IMG/VR virus record: IMGVR_UViG_3300020414_000236
Span: 1 to 30,636 of that record
Direction: 5' to 3' (one strand)
Source: a virus
Lineage: Duplodnaviria; Caudoviricetes
DNA length: 30,636 nt
Shown one piece after another: positions 16,840 to 25,598 of this stretch. A model generated the notes under the pieces. That model saw nothing but the letters and a program-made list of their open reading frames with translations. It had not been told where the DNA came from and did no database searches. Position 1 is the first letter of the stretch. Each line of letters opens with the position of its first letter. The position numbers and the translations under genes are program-made.

Positions 16840-18618
16840 ATGGCAGGATATACACGTCAGGCAGCAGCAAATATAGTTACAGGTGGTGTTATTGATGCTG
16901 CAGATTTTAACGCAGAATATAATGCGATTGAAGCAGCATTTAATGCATCAACAGGCCATACACACGATGGTACTACAGGCAATGGTCCACCTATTGAAAA
17001 CATTGGACCTGCTGCTGACCTTGTTATTACAAGTTCTACAGTTCGTCCTAAGACAACCAATACATTGGACTTCGGTACTTCTACTGTTCAATGGAAAGAC
17101 GGTTTCTTTGATGGCACACTAAGAACAGACTTACTTGTAGTAGATGAAACTTCTACACTTACTGGTAATGTCACAGCAGCAGCAGACCTCTCTGTAGGAG
17201 GTAACCTAACTGTAACTGGTAATGCAACAATTAATGGAAACCTAACCTTTGGTGATGCAGCAACAGATACGGTTTCATTTGGTGCAGATATTGACAGTAA
17301 TATTATACCAGATGCTAATAACACATATGATTTAGGATCATCTACGCAGCAATGGAGAAACTTGTTTCTAGATGGACAAGCACAGATAGATGATCTTGTA
17401 GCTGACACTGCTGATATTGATGGTGGTACTATTGATGGAGCAGTAATTGGTGGAACTACTCCTGCAGCTATAACTGGCACAACTGTTACAGGTACTTCTG
17501 TTGTTGGTCCACTAACAGGGGATGTGACTGGTAACATAACAGGCAACGTAACAGGTGATCTTACTGGTGACGTGAAGGCTACAAACGGTACTACTGTTTT
17601 AGACTCTGGTACAAATGGATCAGATGCAACTATTACAGCTACAGTTACAGGAGATGTTACTGGTAACCTAACAGGTAATGTGACAGGAAATGTTACTGGC
17701 AACGTTACAGGAGATTTAACTGGTAATGCTGACACTGCTACAGCCCTAGCAACAGGACGTAACATAGCTTTGACAGGTGCTGTAACAGGTACTGCTACAG
17801 GTTTTGATGGTTCAGCAAATGCAACAATAGCAACAACATTTGGAACTATTACGCTAGGCACAGACACAACTGGTAACTACATGAGTGATGTGACAGCAGG
17901 TACTGGCATTACTGTAACTCACACTGCAGGTGAAGGTAGTAATGCTACCATCGCCCATGCTGATACATCTACTTTATCTGGTGCTACAAGCAACTCAAGC
18001 AATGACTTCATTCAAAACATTACAGTAGATGATAATGGACACGTAACAGCTATTACATCTGGTACTGCTACTGCCTCTGGTGGTAGTACTTATACTGCAG
18101 GTTCAGGTTTAGACCTAAGTGGCTCTAATGTGTTTAGTGTAGAGGCAGACTTAAGAGATGGTATAACTCACGTAGGCCGTGATAGTAACGATTACATTGC
18201 TATAAATGAGCAAAGTATTGACTTTGTTCTTGACGGTAACACAGATGTTCGTATTGAAAACGATGGTGACTTACATGCAGATGGTAATGTTATTGCATAT
18301 TCAACAACTATCTCTGATGAAAGACTTAAGACAGATATACAAAAGATAGACAATGCGTTGGACAAAGTATCTCAACTAAATGGATATACTTTTGAATATA
18401 AGCATGACGGTAAAAAATCTGCAGGGGTGATTGCACAAGAACTAGAAAGTGTAATGCCTAGTGCAATCGAGCAAAAACGTTTACCTCTTCAGACACATGA
18501 TGGTGAAGAGTACAAGATTGTACAATACGATCAACTTCACGGTTTACTTATCGAAGCAATAAAAGAACTAAAAGAAAAACTAGATGAGTGTAAATGCAAA
18601 AAGTGTGAGTGTGAATAA
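16840..18618 (+). CDS. Tail fibre 2 with C-terminal peptidase S74 chaperone
   Basis: 592 aa: N-terminal anchor (A.DFNAEYNAI..AF...GHTHDG), G[N/D][V/L]T repeats, SDERLKTDI...GY.F......AGVIAQE...LLIEAIKEL starting at 18313. Confidence 0.9.
   Translation: MAGYTRQAAANIVTGGVIDAADFNAEYNAIEAAFNASTGHTHDGTTGNGPPIENIGPAADLVITSSTVRPKTTNTLDFGTSTVQWKDGFFDGTLRTDLLVVDETSTLTGNVTAAADLSVGGNLTVTGNATINGNLTFGDAATDTVSFGADIDSNIIPDANNTYDLGSSTQQWRNLFLDGQAQIDDLVADTADIDGGTIDGAVIGGTTPAAITGTTVTGTSVVGPLTGDVTGNITGNVTGDLTGDVKATNGTTVLDSGTNGSDATITATVTGDVTGNLTGNVTGNVTGNVTGDLTGNADTATALATGRNIALTGAVTGTATGFDGSANATIATTFGTITLGTDTTGNYMSDVTAGTGITVTHTAGEGSNATIAHADTSTLSGATSNSSNDFIQNITVDDNGHVTAITSGTATASGGSTYTAGSGLDLSGSNVFSVEADLRDGITHVGRDSNDYIAINEQSIDFVLDGNTDVRIENDGDLHADGNVIAYSTTISDERLKTDIQKIDNALDKVSQLNGYTFEYKHDGKKSAGVIAQELESVMPSAIEQKRLPLQTHDGEEYKIVQYDQLHGLLIEAIKELKEKLDECKCKKCECE
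17506..17727 (+). repeat. Two blocks of G[N/D][V/L/I]T repeats in fibre 2
   Basis: GDVTGNITGNVTGDLTGDV ... GDVTGNLTGNVTGNVTGNVTGDLTGN. Confidence 0.9.
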
Positions 18619-19403
18619 TGGCTTTACCAAGTAGTGGACAACTTAGTTTAAATGAAATTCATATAGAAGCAGGTGGTACTACTGGTACTGAAGTTACTTT
18701 AAACGATAGTGATGTTCGTACTTTAATTAGTAAAGGCGCACAAGTAGAAAATAAAATCAGTGAATACTATGGTGCTTCTAGTACTCCTTCTTTTACTGTA
18801 GATGAAACTAGCACAGTAGGAACAAACTCAAACTTGATTGCGTACTTACAGACCTATCCTAATACGAGTGGAAACAACAACCTTAACTTAGGGGTTGCAA
18901 ACAATTCCTCCACAGTATCTCTCCGTATCCGAATGGGGGATGGTGGAACACCTGAATATTATACTCAGACAGGTTCTTCATATAGAATACAAAGCCCTGC
19001 AGTAGTAGCTGATGCATCAGGCCATAGACATGATCATATAGGTTTTGTTAGAGATGGTGGTGATGGGTATGGATTTACCTTATGTTATTGGTTTTGGGAA
19101 GCAGACTCTGGTGGTGCTTTATCAGGAACAAGTTGGGGTTCAATGAAGTACTATGATCAACTCCAAGATACGCAAGACGGTAGCATGGCAGGACCAACAG
19201 TAACCTCTGGTTCTTCTTCTGCCTATATAGATGCTATAGCGCATAGTGGTGGCGTTAATGTAACAAACCCTGACAACGATCCTTATACTTACGGTGACGT
19301 AGCAATGTTGTCGCAATTAACTAATGGTGCAATAACAAATGACCCCACAAATATATACACTTGGACTGGTGGGATTATATACATGGATTGTAATTTTAAC
19401 TAA
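18618..19403 (+). CDS. Putative fibre-tip adhesin / receptor-binding protein
   Basis: MALPSSGQLSL.EI..E.GG......LND...R.L.......ISEYYGAS N-terminus, typical of genes following S74 fibres; TAATG-coupled. Confidence 0.65.
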   Translation: MALPSSGQLSLNEIHIEAGGTTGTEVTLNDSDVRTLISKGAQVENKISEYYGASSTPSFTVDETSTVGTNSNLIAYLQTYPNTSGNNNLNLGVANNSSTVSLRIRMGDGGTPEYYTQTGSSYRIQSPAVVADASGHRHDHIGFVRDGGDGYGFTLCYWFWEADSGGALSGTSWGSMKYYDQLQDTQDGSMAGPTVTSGSSSAYIDAIAHSGGVNVTNPDNDPYTYGDVAMLSQLTNGAITNDPTNIYTWTGGIIYMDCNFN

Positions 19404-19993
19404 TGGCTAGAAAATTAACAGATACACAGTGGAAGATAGTACACAAAGCAGCTTACGCCTATCGTAACAGTGATACTTCTTTAATTGCAGGTTTACAAAA
19501 TAAACAACATGCAAAATATTTTTGTGAAGAATTTGGTTTTGATTATACTGCTAATATAGCAAATGATAATGCCTATCATTGGGTGGATGTAGATAGTCTT
19601 GGAACGAATGAGAACAGGATATATATTCAAAATGACCAAATGAATCCTCAATTTGGAAAAGGTTATTTTTTAGATGAGAATAATAATATTACAATAGTAA
19701 AAGAGTATAATATAAAAAGAACTAAGATATATCCTTACTTACCTTATTATGAAATAGTAAGAAAAACTTATGGTGGTGAACTTATAGATACTCAAAAAGA
19801 ATATTTTTCCGATGATAAAACAATTTGGAAAGGATCAAATGAGCCTTGGGATTTGTGTGAAAAATTAGGTTGTATTCCTCCTAGAATGTTTAGTTATAGA
19901 GAAGGTATGACACAAACTTATACTCACATACCAAACGTTTTAAATTCTTTTGACCCAGAACAATATCTTATTTCTATAGGTAAGGGCATGTAA
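19403..19993 (+). CDS. Hypothetical protein (AT-rich)
   Basis: 196-aa ORF with TAATG overlaps at both ends; no recognised motif. Confidence 0.7.
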   Translation: MARKLTDTQWKIVHKAAYAYRNSDTSLIAGLQNKQHAKYFCEEFGFDYTANIANDNAYHWVDVDSLGTNENRIYIQNDQMNPQFGKGYFLDENNNITIVKEYNIKRTKIYPYLPYYEIVRKTYGGELIDTQKEYFSDDKTIWKGSNEPWDLCEKLGCIPPRMFSYREGMTQTYTHIPNVLNSFDPEQYLISIGKGM

Positions 19994-20235
19994 TGATAAC
20001 CCCAGAAGAACTAGAAGATATGCTAGATCGTGCAGCCAAGCGTGGTGCTACAGCAGCATTGCGTGAGGTGGGGTTACATGATGATGATGCTCGTAAAGAT
20101 ATACTTGAGATGCGTAACTTATTAGAAACATGGCGTGATACACGAAGAGGCGTGTGGTCTACCATTGTAAAGATGTCAACTGTAGCAGTAATAACATTCA
20201 TTGCCGCATCACTGTGGATGCAAATAGGGAAATAA
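19993..20235 (+). CDS. Small C-terminally membrane-anchored protein (DUF6127-like, possible holin-type)
   Basis: ELE.ML.RAA.RGA..AL..VGL.D..A..DI.E.R.LL..WR followed by one TM helix. Confidence 0.65.
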   Translation: MITPEELEDMLDRAAKRGATAALREVGLHDDDARKDILEMRNLLETWRDTRRGVWSTIVKMSTVAVITFIAASLWMQIGK

Positions 20236-20239
20236 TAAT

Positions 20240-22045
20240 ATGGCTAAGAAATTTGCAGGGTTCAAACCTGATACAATAGCAAAAAAGATTTTACCATCTT
20301 TGGGCTACAATGGACCTACAGATCAAAAGTCTATAGCGGCTTTTCTTGCAGCTTCTCCTTCAGCAGCAGCTAAGATGGGTGAATACACTATGGTAGCTAG
20401 ACAGATGGTTGAGGGCAAAACTATTGGTGGTATGAATAGTGGTGGCATGGCTGATGAGATGACTAAAAAGATTACAGCCGATCCTACCTCTATCGTTACT
20501 CAAGCTCCAGTGGCATCGAACAGTGGTACAGGTACAACACTGCAGGGTCAAGAAGGTCAAGCAGGTGCTGCTACTCAAGCTACTGCTGCACAGACTGGTC
20601 CTGCTGCACAGGCTTCTGCACAACCACAACAACAAGCAGCAACTGTTCAAGCAGATACAGCAGCACAGCAAGTTGCTTCATCTACTGCAGGTGTTACTGG
20701 CGCAGTTGGTACAGTTAGCAATCAAGCAGACCCACAGGCTGCACAGGCAGACCCAACAAAAGCATCATCACTAGGATTACAAGCTGCTCAACAAGGTCAG
20801 GCACAACAAGTACAAGCCCCTGCTCCTATGCAGATGACAGCAGATCAAACAATCAGTGGTTCTACTGTTGATCAAGCAAAGGTAGATCAAACATTTGGTA
20901 CAGGCCAGGTGGAAGCTGCCTCTGTAAAAGATGAACTAGATGACTTGATGCAGGACTTTCAAGGTGGTAACACTCCTGCTTGGGCAGCAGGTGCTATGAG
21001 AGCAGCTAACGCAGCTATGGCTGCACGTGGATTGAGTGCATCATCAATGGCAGGGATGGCAGTTGTACAAGCTGCTATGGAATCAGCCCTACCTATTGCA
21101 CAGGCAGATGCATCTAACAAACAACAGATGGCTATGCTCAAGGCTGAACAACGTGCAGCTTTCATGGGCATGGAGTTTGATCAAAAGTTTCAAGCAAAAG
21201 TTAAGAATGCAGCACGTGTATCAGAGATTGCTAACATCAACTTTAGTGCAGAGCAGCAGGTAGCACTAGAGAATGCTAAGATGGCTCAGACTGTAGACCT
21301 AGCTAACCTGTCAAACAGACAAGCTAAAGTTATGGCTGATGCTGCTACTATGTCACAGATGGACATGGCAAATCTTGACAACAGACAAAGAGCAAACATG
21401 CAGAGAGCGCAGTCCTTCTTACAAATGGACATGGCTAACCTAGACAATGAACAACAGGCTGCTATGTTTAGAGCGCAAGAAAATGTTAATGCTATACTGA
21501 GTGATCAGGCTGCAGTAAATGCTGCACAGCAATTCAATGCTACATCTGAAAACCAAACTAATCAGTTCTTTGCATCCTTGGGAGCGCAAGTAGAACAGTT
21601 TAACACAGAACAAACTAATGCTATGGCTAGGTTCAATGCAGGTGAAGCCAATGCAATAGAACAGTTCAACGTATCTCAAGAGAATGCACGTGACCAGTTC
21701 AATGCACAGAACCATTTGGTTGTAGCACAGGCTAACGCTCAGTGGGCGCAGAGTGTAACTACTGCAGCTAATGCAGCAGCTAACCAAGCAAACAGAGATG
21801 CAGCACTTGCTGCTAACAATTTAACTATGACTGCATATAACAATGTTGTACAACGTGAGCGTGACGTATTAGCATGGGCATGGCAGTCAGCAGAAAATGC
21901 GAAAGAATTAGATGGCAATATTGCAGTGGCAAAAATTAGTGCGAGTGGGGGTTCTAACAGCCAAAGCTTCCTTAGTTCTGCTGCTGGTAAGTTCCTTGGT
22001 CAACTCGCAGTCAACGCAGCAGACATTATATTTACAGGTAGTTAA
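20240..22045 (+). CDS. Internal virion (ejection) protein, Gln/Ala-rich
   Basis: 601 aa; P.WA.GA.R.A...MAARGL..SS motif; 11/22-residue periodic helical region. Confidence 0.75.
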   Translation: MAKKFAGFKPDTIAKKILPSLGYNGPTDQKSIAAFLAASPSAAAKMGEYTMVARQMVEGKTIGGMNSGGMADEMTKKITADPTSIVTQAPVASNSGTGTTLQGQEGQAGAATQATAAQTGPAAQASAQPQQQAATVQADTAAQQVASSTAGVTGAVGTVSNQADPQAAQADPTKASSLGLQAAQQGQAQQVQAPAPMQMTADQTISGSTVDQAKVDQTFGTGQVEAASVKDELDDLMQDFQGGNTPAWAAGAMRAANAAMAARGLSASSMAGMAVVQAAMESALPIAQADASNKQQMAMLKAEQRAAFMGMEFDQKFQAKVKNAARVSEIANINFSAEQQVALENAKMAQTVDLANLSNRQAKVMADAATMSQMDMANLDNRQRANMQRAQSFLQMDMANLDNEQQAAMFRAQENVNAILSDQAAVNAAQQFNATSENQTNQFFASLGAQVEQFNTEQTNAMARFNAGEANAIEQFNVSQENARDQFNAQNHLVVAQANAQWAQSVTTAANAAANQANRDAALAANNLTMTAYNNVVQRERDVLAWAWQSAENAKELDGNIAVAKISASGGSNSQSFLSSAAGKFLGQLAVNAADIIFTGS

Positions 22046-22046
22046 T

Positions 22047-23318
22047 ATGACATACAATCCAAGCAGTATATTTTCACGAGAGTCCTACGCACAATATGGC
22101 AGATCACGTGGTGCTTCTAAGCCTACAAAGCCTAAGACTACTGGCTTGGGTTCTAGTCCAAGACCAAAGCCTAGACCATCTACAAGTACTCAAAATAAAA
22201 GTACGTGGGAACGTTTGAAAGAAAGAATATCTAATATCATTGGTGATTCTGGTGGGGATAACAAACCTAAATCTGCCCCTGTAGTTAAGCCTATAAAAGT
22301 ATACGAGAGAAGAGAGTTTAACATAAAGCCAGTAGACGTTTCAGTATCTACATTACCTGATGCACCTACTACACAATTAACAGGCTTTGAGGCTCCTGTC
22401 ATGCGGCCTCAGTCTCCTACTAATAGGCTAGACAAGCCACTAGGATTGTTTGACAGACCTACTCCACCTAGCAGACCAAATGTAAATATGTCCAAGCCTA
22501 TGGGTCTTATGTCACCACCTAACATGGGTACTGTTCCTAGTACATCAACAGGCACAATATACAAAATAAAAAGAGGTGACACTCTTTCAGAGATTGCTAA
22601 GAAGTATAATACGTCTGTTGAAATATTAGCACGAGACAATAACATCAAGGACATAAATAAAATACAAGCAGGTAAAACTTTAAAAGTTCCTTTGTATGGT
22701 ATGGATGATGATCCTGACAAAGAGTTCTATCAGTCTGGTGTACCTCTGGATCAAAGAGATTTTGCACCAGAAGGCCCAGAATATGTACCACTACCTGATT
22801 ACCAAGGTACATCTGACGAAGCAGCTATGGGTGCTGCAGGTAAGCATTCAGGAAAGTTCAGCAGTAAAGATGAGTTCTTAAAATCTATAATACCTGTAGC
22901 AAAAGTTGTTGCTTCACGAACAGGATTGGATTACAGACTAATTGTAGCACAAGCTGCAATAGAAACTGGATGGGGTTCTAAGGTTAAAGGTAATGCTTTC
23001 TTCGGAATAAAAGGACATGGTGCAGATAACACTATAGACTTTAAAACAACAGAAGAAGTAGACGGAAAGAAAGTATCACAGACAGATACCTTTAGAGCCT
23101 ACGAAAATATTGGAGATGCAGCTACTGATTATGGACAATTCCTACAGGATAATCCTAGATATTCAGAGTACTTAGCAGCAACTAATTTGGAAGATGCAGC
23201 AGCAGCTTTACAAGCATCAGGCTATGCAACAGATAGCAAGTATGGTGAGAAAGTATTGACTACTGCAAGGGGGAGAACATTGAGAAACTTTTTAGAAAGA
23301 AACCCAGAGTATAAATAA
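22047..23318 (+). CDS. LysM + GH73 (FlgJ-like) peptidoglycan hydrolase with disordered N-terminus
   Basis: LysM: YKIKRGDTLSEIAKKYNTSVE.LA..NNI.D.N.I.AG..LKVP. GH73: AQAAIETGWG, N.FFGIKG, FRAY, NPRY, GYATD..Y. Start placed at ATG 22047, just after the upstream stop. Confidence 0.9.
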   Translation: MTYNPSSIFSRESYAQYGRSRGASKPTKPKTTGLGSSPRPKPRPSTSTQNKSTWERLKERISNIIGDSGGDNKPKSAPVVKPIKVYERREFNIKPVDVSVSTLPDAPTTQLTGFEAPVMRPQSPTNRLDKPLGLFDRPTPPSRPNVNMSKPMGLMSPPNMGTVPSTSTGTIYKIKRGDTLSEIAKKYNTSVEILARDNNIKDINKIQAGKTLKVPLYGMDDDPDKEFYQSGVPLDQRDFAPEGPEYVPLPDYQGTSDEAAMGAAGKHSGKFSSKDEFLKSIIPVAKVVASRTGLDYRLIVAQAAIETGWGSKVKGNAFFGIKGHGADNTIDFKTTEEVDGKKVSQTDTFRAYENIGDAATDYGQFLQDNPRYSEYLAATNLEDAAAALQASGYATDSKYGEKVLTTARGRTLRNFLERNPEYK

Positions 23319-23764
23319 TGTTTGGATTACCCTTAGAACTAGTAACAATGCTTGGCTCTACAGTCTTAGGTGGAGTAATGTCCATCTGGGGTCAGAGCAT
23401 GAAGATGAAACAAGAGCAGAATAAGATGCTCATGGAACGTGCCAACGCTAATGCAAGCTTTGCAGCAGAAGCACGTAATGCAGGAAAGAACGATAAACAC
23501 TTTGCATGGACAAGAAGACTTATTGCATTATCTGCAGTCTTTGCTATAATAGTGTTGCCAAAACTGGTTGCTGTCTTCTATCCTGAAGTAGGTGTATACG
23601 TAGGCTACACAGAGATACAGGTAGGCTTCCTTGACTTCATCTTTGGCTCTGGTCCAGAGGTAGTTAAATGGCAGTATGCAGAAGGATTTGTAATAACACC
23701 ACTAGACACACACATTGTATCGGCTATTGTAGGCTTATACTTTGGTGCAGGATTTACTAAGTAG
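23318..23764 (+). CDS. Membrane protein (holin-like)
   Basis: 148 aa with 2-3 hydrophobic segments, WTRR.IAL and IVGLYFG motifs; TAATG-coupled to the hydrolase. Confidence 0.55.
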   Translation: MFGLPLELVTMLGSTVLGGVMSIWGQSMKMKQEQNKMLMERANANASFAAEARNAGKNDKHFAWTRRLIALSAVFAIIVLPKLVAVFYPEVGVYVGYTEIQVGFLDFIFGSGPEVVKWQYAEGFVITPLDTHIVSAIVGLYFGAGFTK

Positions 23765-23773
23765 GATAATAAC

Positions 23774-24298
23774 ATGGCTATAGCAGGACCATTCGATAGA
23801 CCGATTCCGGGTCAGTCTTTAACAGGAGAACCTAAGAATAATCCTTGGGAGCAACCACCTCAGATGGCTGAGATAGAAGACGTTACCAAGTATTACATAA
23901 ATAGATTGGCTAACCAAGATGTCATAGATGACTTCGCTGCTATGTGTGAAGCAGGTGTACCACTAAAGCCTATTGTTGAGTCTGTAACATCACAAGGCAC
24001 AGTAAGAGGTTTGCATACAGTAGATGCAGCTATGTTAGTTGGACCTGTCATACATCAGTTCTTGAAGCAAGCTATTGAAGCGCAGGGTACAGTAGTAGAT
24101 GATGATGGTATTGACTACCAGAAGAAAGCAGAAGCAAATGAAATGAATCGCTTCATGTTACTGGCAACAAAGTACCTTAATGAAAACCCTGATGACAACG
24201 ATCCTGGAAAAGAATTATTAAGTGATTTGGTTGAGGAGCAACCAGAGGAAGAAGATACACCCGAAGAGAAGCCAATGGGCTTGATGTCGAAAGGTTAA
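23774..24298 (+). CDS. Conserved virion-associated protein
   Basis: 174 aa, PIPGQSLT.EP...PWEQPPQ motif; acidic tail ending KPMGLMSKG. Confidence 0.7.
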   Translation: MAIAGPFDRPIPGQSLTGEPKNNPWEQPPQMAEIEDVTKYYINRLANQDVIDDFAAMCEAGVPLKPIVESVTSQGTVRGLHTVDAAMLVGPVIHQFLKQAIEAQGTVVDDDGIDYQKKAEANEMNRFMLLATKYLNENPDDNDPGKELLSDLVEEQPEEEDTPEEKPMGLMSKG

Positions 24299-24302
24299 AA
24301 GA

Positions 24303-25598
24303 ATGGCATTTGATTGGAAGATGTTTGCCGCCAGTTTCTTAGATCAAGTTTCTGAGGGCATCGAAGACAAAAGAGAAAAAGCAGAAGAGTATAAAGAACA
24401 ACAGGAGGCTGCTGCTGAAAGAAATGCTGCTCTAGTAAATCGAAGAAGGATGAATGCACAGAGTGCTGCACAGATTGGTAAACGTGCCATGCAGTTAGGT
24501 GCTTCTGAGGCACAGATACGTACAGCTATGTCATCAGGTATAGAGGGTATCAATGAACTGTATAATAAACTAAATGCAGCAGCCACACAAAGGGGTGTTA
24601 AGAAACTTGGTGTTGATGACATCGAGGCTATAGTAAACATGCCAAGTATTCCTAATGTAAGACAAGACTTGATGGACATGCCTCTTGAAGAGTTTGCCAG
24701 ACAAACATTTGGTGCTAGAGGATTACCTAAAAAACCAACAGAAGACAAAGAAAGAAATCTTCTTGGTAGCCTATTTGGTGTAGATGCTAAAGATAGAGTT
24801 AAGCAACAACTAAGAGAAACAGAGTACATGGATGGTATGTCTGTAGCTGACATCAATGAGATAGCTAGACAGACAGATTATCAATCCTTGATACCTAGTG
24901 CTACTATGACATTCTTAGATGTGCCTTTCTTTGATGCAGAGAAAGCGTTGGACTTCAGTGAGAAGCTAGTTGAAACTATGTCTGATGCTGTAACTAACAA
25001 CGAAGCAAAGATCAAAGCTGCTGTTGCTGATGCTGTAGAGGCAGGAGAAGATCCTGTTGCAGCAAGAAGCGAAGCTACAAGAACCGCACAGGAATTAGCA
25101 GCAGAAACTTTTATAGAAGCGTATGCACAAACATATCAACATGGAGGGTTCTTTGATAACGAAATCGCTATAAAACAAATTCGTGAAACTTTAGGTGATG
25201 ACTACTTAAGAAATTTAATGGAGTCATATAATTTAGAATTACCAGAATATCTGGAAAGGCCCACAGTTGACGAAGCAGCAGACAAAGTTAAAAACATTAT
25301 CGAAGAAGCTACCAAAGAGGAAAAGACCGATACAAAAACTAAAGAAGGCGAGGTATCTACAAAAGCTAGAATTGAAGCGAATGTATACTACATCAATGAT
25401 GACGGTGAAGTAGTAAGAGGCGTACCCCCAAGACCATCCCTAGAACTATTTGGTAACATACTGGGCGGTGCAGGTCTTGGTGGAGAGACAATAGAGCAAA
25501 TACTAAAAGGTGAGATAGGCGTACCAGATAACCTCCGTCCTGGCCAATGGGATGAGATATTTGGTGACTTTTACAAACCAGATGGAACACCCAAATGA
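24303..25598 (+). CDS. Internal virion (ejection) protein
   Basis: 431 aa; amphipathic N-terminus (FAASFLDQVSEGI) followed by coiled coil; located in the ejection cluster. Confidence 0.65.
   Translation: MAFDWKMFAASFLDQVSEGIEDKREKAEEYKEQQEAAAERNAALVNRRRMNAQSAAQIGKRAMQLGASEAQIRTAMSSGIEGINELYNKLNAAATQRGVKKLGVDDIEAIVNMPSIPNVRQDLMDMPLEEFARQTFGARGLPKKPTEDKERNLLGSLFGVDAKDRVKQQLRETEYMDGMSVADINEIARQTDYQSLIPSATMTFLDVPFFDAEKALDFSEKLVETMSDAVTNNEAKIKAAVADAVEAGEDPVAARSEATRTAQELAAETFIEAYAQTYQHGGFFDNEIAIKQIRETLGDDYLRNLMESYNLELPEYLERPTVDEAADKVKNIIEEATKEEKTDTKTKEGEVSTKARIEANVYYINDDGEVVRGVPPRPSLELFGNILGGAGLGGETIEQILKGEIGVPDNLRPGQWDEIFGDFYKPDGTPK

Noticed and set aside
16957-19037. HxH motifs (GHTHDG at 16957, HRHDH at 19023) as iron-binding 'Ferrojan horse' sites
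   Set aside because: Isolated motifs, one in the proximal anchor; not the repeated paired HxH ladder of T4-type needles.
21912-22046. 45-codon N-terminal extension of the LysM-GH73 ORF that looks like a signal/TM segment
   Set aside because: It overlaps the upstream gene by 134 nt; ATG 22047 directly after the upstream stop is more parsimonious.
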